The notes beneath the pieces are model-generated. The model had not been told where the DNA came from. It worked only from the letters and a program-made list of their open reading frames with translations, and ran no database searches. Below, piece by piece: positions 56,385-64,000 of a DNA stretch of 64,000 bases. This DNA is from Phyllobates terribilis (lineage: Eukaryota). How positions within the stretch are numbered: the stretch's first letter is position 1; every line of letters starts with the position of its first letter. The position numbers were made by a program, and so were the translations under genes. The stretch spans positions 185,938,001 to 186,002,000 of the forward strand of contig NW_027362765.1 in the NCBI RefSeq assembly GCF_046119375.1, given 5' to 3'.

Positions 56385-56812
56385 AGAGTAGGTTCACACG
56401 AACGTATAAAAATTTGTTCAGAGTTTCATTCAGAAAAGTGGCACGATTTATTTCTCACTTGTCATCCGTGTGCAGTCTGTATACAATCCGTTTTTTAATA
56501 GCAGCAGCTATTAATCATTTACAGGAACATTTACAGTTTCCTATGTTACAGAATAGCAATGTATCTGTAAAAATTGTATGAGATACTGTGGCTCTATATG
56601 GTATCAGATTTTTTTGAAGCACCCATAGACTTGAATGGACGAGTCTCGTCCAATTTACGGAAGAAACTAGTACATGCTGAGATTTTTTTTCAAATGCAGA
56701 TTCAGTCACTGAAAAAAAAAAAATCTCATCTGCATTGCTCCTTTGAATAACATTGGTCTGTTTTTTTCACGGACGGCACTCGTACCGAAAATACGGTCCT
56801 GTGAAAGAGCCC
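56385..56812. mobile_element. Diverged Harbinger-type MITE
   Basis: Termini resemble ..TTCACACG / ..GTGAAAGAGCCC; internal CGGA/TCCG motifs; TSD not clean. Confidence 0.4.
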
Positions 56813-57400
56813 TCCTGCTGGATCTCAGCTTCTGGGACCACTCCTAAGCCCAGAATAAGCAAAGACTCAAATGAGTAAGTTGTATAGGATCTTTTCCAAT
56901 AATATATTACATTGCTTAACATCTTCTGCTTTCAAAAATGTTGCCTGCAGATCAGATTGCTTGTCCAACGTGACTGCTTCCATTTAAGCTTGTAAGATTA
57001 CAAAATTCAGTGCTCTACCCTTTCCAGTTGTGCATTGGATGGATGCTCATATCTGTCTTAATAGGATATAAATATATTAGCTTTGGAAATGTCATGCCAC
57101 AACCCTTTGGTAACAGATTGTTCTGCTTGCATTAGATTGTTCTGCCTCTGTGACATGTCTGTATCCAGATACATCTATCACTGTACAGTGTAATTATGTC
57201 TAGCAGATGGCTATCTTGTTATCTGAACAGCTGCTGTTCTTCATACTCTATTTTCATAATTTCTCTGCTGATTTGGTTGGTATGGAATCTCAGTTTAGCT
57301 ACAGTGTAATTGCCTGCTCAGCTAATGTTGAGTAATCAACTATTGATCAAGTCCGGTGCAAGCCATATTTTGGTGAAATGGTGCATTAATCACAGCTTTA

Positions 57401-57592
57401 GGTCATGGCCCCACTATCAGTATTTGGTCAGTATTTTTTCTCAGGATTTGGAGCCAAAACCAGATGAGGAACAATCAGAGAAAAGGTATAATAGAAACAA
57501 GTCACCAATTCTGCATTTATCACCCACTCCTGGTTTTGGCTCCCACTCCTGAGAAAAAATTCTGACCAAATACTGATAGTGGGGCTGTGGCC
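57401..57592. mobile_element. Harbinger-type MITE
   Basis: TTA TSD; ~30-bp TIR GGTCATGGCCCCACTATCAGTATTTGGTCAG / CTGACCAAATACTGATAGTGGGGCTGTGGCC. Confidence 0.85.
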
Positions 57593-58599
57593 TTATACTA
57601 AGTATACCAAAGCATAGAGATGCCAATTTAATTGAGCTATAAAGAAAAAAACTCCTAAAGAAAAGTCTAAATATCCTTTTATCAGAGTTAGTTGTTGCAG
57701 GCATTTCATTATATTCCCATGATAGCTCTTTCTGTCCATGTTTTAGTTACAATATTCGGGCCTTATTTACCAAAGTTGTCTAACAGGAAAACTGAAAAAG
57801 ATAAAGAAAAAAGAGTTGTGCCCCACTAGGGCAGGACCATCAAACCCAGAAAGTCCCTGACTATTGTAATTAGCCAACAGAACCAAAAAATGAGCCAACA
57901 TACCTGTTGGTATAAGTGCAATGTAAAGATGCATATTCACACTGTGGCCACTAACCCCTTTACCCCCAAGGTGGTTTGCACGTTAATGACCAGGCCAATT
58001 TTTACAATTCTGACCACTGTCACTTTATGAGGTAATACCTCTGGAACGCTTCTACAAATCCCAATGATTCTGAGAATGTTTTTTCGTGACATATTGTACT
58101 TCATGATAGTGGTAAAATTTATTTGATATGACTTGCATTTATTTGTGAAAAAATTGAAATTTGGCGAAAATGTTGAAAATTTTGCAATTTTCAAACTTTG
58201 AATTTTCATGCCCTTAAATCAGAGAGATATGTCACAAAAAAAGAGTTAATAAATAACATTTCCCACATGTCTACTTTATATCAGCACAAATTTGGAACCA
58301 ATTTTTTTCTTGTTAGGAAGTTAGAAGGGTTAAAAGTTGACCAGCGATTTCTCATTTTTCCCACAAAATTTACAAAACCATTTTTTTTAGAGACCACATC
58401 ACATTTGAAGTGACTTTGAGGGGCCTTTATGACAGAAAATACCCAAAAGTGACACCATTCTAAAAACTGCACTCCTCAAGGTGCTCAAAACCACATTTAT
58501 GAAGTTTATTAACCCTTAAGGTGCTTCACAGCAATTACTGGATTGTGAAAGGAAAAAATTAGCATTTAACTTTTTTTCACTAAAATTTTATTTTAGACC

Positions 58600-59665
58600 C
58601 AGATGTTTTTATTTTCACAAAGGTAACAGGAGAAATTGGACCCCAAAAGTTGTTGTGCAATTTCTCCTGAATACGCTGATAACCAATATGTGGTGGAAAA
58701 CCATTGTTTGGGCGCACGGCATGGCTCAGAAGGGAAGGAGCGCCATTTGACTTTTTCAACGCAAAACTCGCTGGAATTGAGAGCAGACGCCGTGTCGTGT
58801 CTGCTAGACCCCTTAAGGAACTTATCTAGATGTGTGGTGAGCACTTTGAACCCCGAAGTATTTCACAAAAGTTTATAACGTAGAGCCGTGAAAATAAAAA
58901 AAATCACTTTTTTTCCACAAAAATGATCTTTTAGCCCCAATTTTTTTTAATTTCACAAGGGTAACAGGAGAAATTGGACCCAAAAAGTTGTTGTGCAATT
59001 TCTCCTGAGTATGCTGATACCCCATATATGGGAGAAAACTACTGTTTGGGGGCACGTCAGGGCTCGGAAGGGAAGGAGGGACGTTTTGGAATGCAGACTT
59101 TGATGAAATGGTCTGCGGGCGTCATGTCGCGTTTACAGAGCCCCTAATGTGCCTAAACAGTGGAAATGCCCAACAAGTGCCCCCCTTTTGGAAACTAAAC
59201 TCCCAATGAATTTATATTCCAGAGCCCCTGATGTGCCTAAACAGTGGAAATGCCCAAGTGCCCCCTTTTTGGAAAATAACCCCCCCAATGAATTTATCTA
59301 GATGTGTGGTGAAGCCCCTTGAACCCCCAGGTGCTTCACATAACATTATAACGTTGACTTGTGAAAATAAAAAAAAAATCATATATTTTCCCCAAAAATG
59401 TTATTTTAGTCCAAAAAAAATATTTTCACAAGGGTTACAGGAGAAAGTGGTCCTAAAAATCTGTTGTGCAATTTCTCCTGAGTACGCTGATGACCCATAT
59501 GTGGGAGAAAACTACTGTTTGGGTGCACGTCAGGGCTCGGAAGGGAAGGAGTGACGTTTTGGAATGCAGACTTTGATGGAATGGTCTGTGGGCATCATGT
59601 CTCGTTTGCAGAGCCCCTGATGTGCCTAAACAGTGGAAATGCCCAACAAGTGCCCCCTTTTTGGA
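58600..59665. repeat. Three diverged tandem blocks in the piggyBac 3' non-coding region
   Basis: GAGAAATTGGACC..TTGTGCAATTTCTCCTGAGTACGCTGAT..GGAAGGGAAGGAG recurs near 58630, 58965 and 59440. Confidence 0.8.
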
Positions 59666-59714
59666 ACTGATCTACTGTTTCCTGGTATGTGAATTTTATA
59701 ATGTAGTGGCATAT

Positions 59715-59825
59715 GTGAGTTGTGTAGAGTGCGTCAAGTTAGTATACGTGAGTTGTGTAGAGTTCGTCAGGTTGTCATATGTCAGTTGTGTAGTGTTCGT
59801 CAGGTTGTCATACGTGAGTTGTGTA
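59715..59825. repeat. 33-bp minisatellite (~3.3 units)
   Basis: TGAGTTGTGTAGAGTTCGTCAGGTTGTCATACG variants in tandem. Confidence 0.8.
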
Positions 59826-59839
59826 AGTCAGAAATTAAT

Positions 59840-61402
59840 TTAGTAGTCCATGGATGTATGGCACAGTCTGAAGCATTCTTTCATACACAGGCCAGGTTTG
59901 TTGGGGCAGGTGTCGCATTGATAAATGGTTTCCTTGCGTATCCCCCTTCTGTAACACACTCGGCACCTCTTTTGTGACCTACCTTTTTTTGTACTTTGAG
60001 GGACCTCCCCAGGAAATGTTGGCCTGGTGCGATACAAGCACCTTCAGTTCCGGAAGAACTGGGGCCCACTCCTTCATGACTGCCAAATACTAGGGCCTTG
60101 ATCACTACCTCCTGGAACTGAAGGTATGATGTAGAGGTCTGGCCTGCACATCGTAATTGCAGGAAAGCGTTGTGCATTGCCATCTGTACAATGTGTATGG
60201 CCAGCTTCTTGTACCACACCTTGGCCTTTCTCAAGGCACTGTACGGCTGGAGGACTTGATCAGAGAGATCAACTCCCCCCATGTTTTTGTTGTACCCCAG
60301 TACAATGCCCAATTAGTGTCTTAGGGAGGCCTCTCCGATTTTTGTGGACAGTACCACAGGCTGAGGTACCTCGCGCAGAGAGGGACATGATAAGTGGGAT
60401 GCTGGTGTGAAACATATCCACGTAGAGGTGATAACCTTGATTCAGGTTGCATTAAATCCCACACAATTTTTCCACTCACTCCCAGGACATGGGGGCATTC
60501 AAGGGGGTCAATCCGGGAGTCCTTCCCTTCATAAACCCTAAACTTGTGGGTGTACCCTGAGGTACTCTCACACAGTTTGTACAGCTTAATTCCGTACCTG
60601 GCCCTCTTACTGGACAGGTACTGCTGGAATTTAAGCCTCCCCTTAAAATGACTTAGGGATTCATCCACGCAAATGTCCCTTTGGGGCACATACACCTCAG
60701 CAAATTTGTTGTTGAAGTGCTCAATGACCAGTCAAACTTTGAAAAGATGGCCAAAGTTGGGGTCATCTTGGTGACAACACTGTGCATTATCATTATAATG
60801 CAAGAATTTGTGGATGGCCTCCAAACGGGTCCGGGTCATGACCATTCGGAAAACTGGAGTATTATGCAAAACATCAACACTCCAATATTGCCGAACTTCT
60901 GGCTTCTTCAGTATCCCCATGTAAAGGACCAGGCTCCAAAACTTCATAATTTCTACTGTGGCTACAGGAGTCCAGTTAGAAAATGATGAAGAGCGCTTTT
61001 CTGCCAAAAATTGCTGAGCGTACAAATTGTTTGGCCCACAATGAGGTTTACAATATCCTCAGAGAAAAAGACTTTGAAAAAGTAAATTTCTGTGAGGCCG
61101 GTTGGTGTCAAACTTGATTCCTAATTGCGCCACAAAATTGGGAATCAGTGGCTCATAATTTCGGGGGGTGAGGTCCATACAGGGTCTGTAACGGTGGGCG
61201 CTGGTTCAGCGTCTCTCCTGGGGAGTCTTTGTTGTGGTTCAGCATCACCTGAGTAGAAAGAGGAGGGGCAGGAGGAGGAAGAGGAGTCAGGGTCGGAAAA
61301 ATAAAGGAAAGTGGGATCCTCTCCCTCACTATCAGTGTCGGAGGCAAGGAAAGCGTATTACTCCTCCACTGAATACCGGGTTTGGGACGAGCGTGATGAC
61401 AT
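59840..61402 (-). pseudogene. piggyBac (PGBD4-like) transposase with frameshifts and an internal deletion
   Basis: LYMGILKKPEVRQYWS, FLHYNDN, ICVDESL..FKGR..YGIKLYKLCES, YNKNMGGVDLSDQ..WYKK, C-terminal RCRVC..CDTC..LC..CF. Confidence 0.92.
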
Positions 61403-62803
61403 TTTTTTTTTATGTATGTGGTGTTTGTGTGAGTACCAAACTTTATTCATTTGTGTGTGCGTGAGAGTGGTTGGTATAAACTTTTTTTTTATTTTGAAAA
61501 GAAAAAGATAAAAGAAAAAAGCTACAACCGGAGGTTGATCACTGATGTGCTTCAGTGATGCGTGCTCGACGGCTGTAGGACGCACACACGTAGTGGCGCA
61601 AAGGGGTGGGTGGAGAAAAAAGTCAGTGAAAAAAAAAGAAGTGGGAAAACAGCGACCACGAGTACGGATCAATGATTTGCGTCACTGATCAACGCTCGGT
61701 GGCTGCTGGATGTGCGCACGGAGGTGGTGCAAAGTGGGGGGGGAAGATAATAAGTGAAAAAAAAGTGGAAAACAGCAAGCACAAGTGCGGATCAGTGATT
61801 TGCGTCACTGATCAATGCTCGGTGGCCGCTGGATGCACGCAAAGAGGTGATGCAAAGGGGGGAGAAAAATGGACAGGGACAAAAAAGTCCTGTAAGAAAA
61901 AGCGAGCACTGAAGTTGATCAGTGATTTGCGTCACTAATCAGCACTCAGCCGCTGCAGGAAGCACAAAAAAAAGCTAAAAATCGAGCGATCAAGTACTGA
62001 TGAGCGATCTAGTACTGATCAGCACTCAGTGGCAGAAAGGGTGGGTGTGGAGGGGGGATTGGGGTGGATGAGGAGAGATCAGGCAGGCAAGGATTAAAAA
62101 ATCTTCTTACATCTTTCTTCACCAGCAGGCTGCAGGAGCAGCGATTGTGGTGTCACAGACTCCTGTGGCACCACAAGGCCCAGAACAATGCTCAGAAGGA
62201 CAGAGTGACCACCCTGTACAAATCCTTAGCTACAATGAGGAAGTACAGGGCGGTCACTGCCAAGTCACAGCGTGTCTGTGCGCTCTGATTGGTGCGATCA
62301 ATGTCATCGTTGATTGCACCAATCAGAGCTGGCTCATGGAAAGCCTGGCATTGCCAGGCACCAGCCTGTAATCCGTGCTCTTACAGCACCGATCCTAGGC
62401 TAGACTTCAGTGTTTTAGGCAATCTGATCTATACGTACCTGGTAGTTAAGGCCCAGGCCACAGGGACTTATAGATGCGTCTCACGTCAGAAATGGGTTAA
62501 AGAGGTTTTCCACTACTAATTTCACCCATCTCATTTATCCTAACTCTTCCTAACAATCAATTTTCTAATATACTCCTATTACCTGTCCTCTTCCTGTAAG
62601 CTCATCTCTCTGTGGGTCATATATCCTTCTGTTTTGATTCTGGCTCTGCTACTTCCAATCTGGGGATTGGAATAAGGCAAACTGAGCAGCGCACATGGGG
62701 GCAGGGCTACCTCTCGGTGTATAAGGGGCACAAGGTGGTAGTCGTAGGCGAGGGGATGCTGTTCTCCCACACCTTGGCTTCTCACAAATAAAAGATAATG
62801 TCC

Positions 62804-63300
62804 TGTCATGTGGTTTGCATGTTATGAACAACACTCACTTTTGTTTGCTGAGGATCCATCCGTTCCACGGACCCGGGCTAGATCACATAGTTCACACCAG
62901 ACTCTTGGCTTGTTTTCAACTGTTCAACTTTACTTCATAGGCTCAGTTCAGAATCAATCACTGGTACAGCACATTGTAACACGGCATGGATAGTTTCGGT
63001 TGCCTGCGTTATCCCTCGCTGTAATGGCATTTCCTGCCCCAGGGATATCTCGCTTAGCACCACAGCTTCCTGGGACCCTGCCCTGACTTGTCCCTGTGGA
63101 TCTCCGTCCATTCTCCCCTCCAGAGACGAAAGCAAGGTTGGCTCCTCCATATCTTGGTCTTGCCGTAGGCCGCAGACATTAAGGGATGTCCCACGGACCG
63201 TTATCGCTGCCGTCCTGATACTGCTTTCGGTTATTGCTACTTTGGGTCTTTGTGTAATATATAGTAGTGGGTTGCTCCTGATCCTGAAACCACTAAATGG
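62804..63300 (-). mobile_element. Possible LTR fragment
   Basis: Begins TGTCA/TGTTA; AGTAAA and TATA-like motifs on the minus strand; the other end and a TSD were not found. Confidence 0.3.
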
Positions 63301-63337
63301 AAATGGTCTTGGTTTGTTCAGATTTGATGAAGACCAC

Positions 63338-63721
63338 GGCCCTGATTTATCAAGACTGACGTTTTGTACGCCAATCTTGATGAACAGTGCACTGTAGTAA
63401 GGCATGCACATTTTAATACATTTGGCACATCTCTACCTTTTAAGGAATTTGGTGCATACCATGTGCTTCCACAATAAATGTCCTTCAGTCAGAACTGGAG
63501 TACATTTCTAATTTAAGCCACTTTTATTAAATAAATTATGATTATGCTCGACCACAACCCATTCCTGGTGAAAAAAAGTTGGCAAAGTTGGCCAGGTCTG
63601 GAGTAAAAACACCAAAAGTTATCAATTTTTGTGCAACTACTACAAGTTGCACACAAATTTGCGGCATTTTAAACAGTTTTATGTAAAAATTGCAGTGGAA
63701 ACTGTTTGATGCATTGGTGCC
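63338..63721. mobile_element. Diverged Harbinger-type MITE
   Basis: Termini GGCCCTGATTTATCA / TGATGCATTGGTGCC; TAA on the right flank only. Confidence 0.45.
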
Positions 63722-64000
63722 TAAGCGTAAAAATACCAGGATGCCTCGAACTGGGTTCCTTGTAGGGGAAAAGATGATGGTTCAAATAATGTGTTTTAGT
63801 TGTCTGAGCTGTGATTAATTAAGTACAGAAGCCCATACTGTACGCTATACAAAAAAAAAACACTGGGGCAGAGGAAATAGATAAATATATTCTGGATGGG
63901 CTATTCTTATGGATAAAAACATACAGTGAGTTTAATGAAAAACAATTGGTAATAGACCCAAAGAGAACGAAGGAAGACTAATAATGATCGCTACATGCAG

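Larger units (their letters stand above)
57955..62496 (-). mobile_element. piggyBac DNA transposon, decayed
   Basis: Flanks (C)TAA-CCCCTTT and AAATGGG-TTAA; internal piggyBac transposase; only the outermost ~7 bp of the two termini match. Confidence 0.8.

Overview
This is a eukaryotic, non-mammalian vertebrate window, most likely frog. That inference rests on T2/Kolobok and Harbinger MITEs, a DIRS element, a V-SINE and an 18S V4 fragment of amphibian/fish type. It is almost entirely nested transposable elements, and no host protein-coding gene could be recognised. Main contents: (1) a decayed DIRS tyrosine-recombinase retroelement (~4.0-9.3 kb) interrupted by a solo LTR; (2) two full-length sister chromoviral Ty3/Gypsy elements of Tf1/sushi type (9597-16025, TSD ATTAT; 41923-48420, TSD GATGT), both with open gag and pol, a GGGAAAC -1 frameshift site with pseudoknot, and a tRNA-independent self-priming PBS; (3) a minus-strand Gypsy element with a tRNA-Ser PBS (26890-34672, TSD AATG) plus related solo LTRs; (4) an 18.2-kb hAT transposon (35955-54117, TSD ATTACAAG) whose transposase is split by the second Gypsy copy, and which contains an 18S rRNA fragment, an L1 fragment, a Tc1, a solo LTR and a 108-bp tandem array with higher-order structure; (5) a decayed piggyBac (57955-62496); (6) several Tc1 relics, a SINE, many MITEs, and short elements with minimal hammerhead-ribozyme cores. 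All alignments were done by eye, with no database searches. Many ORFs in the supplied track start at non-ATG codons or are shadow frames and were ignored.
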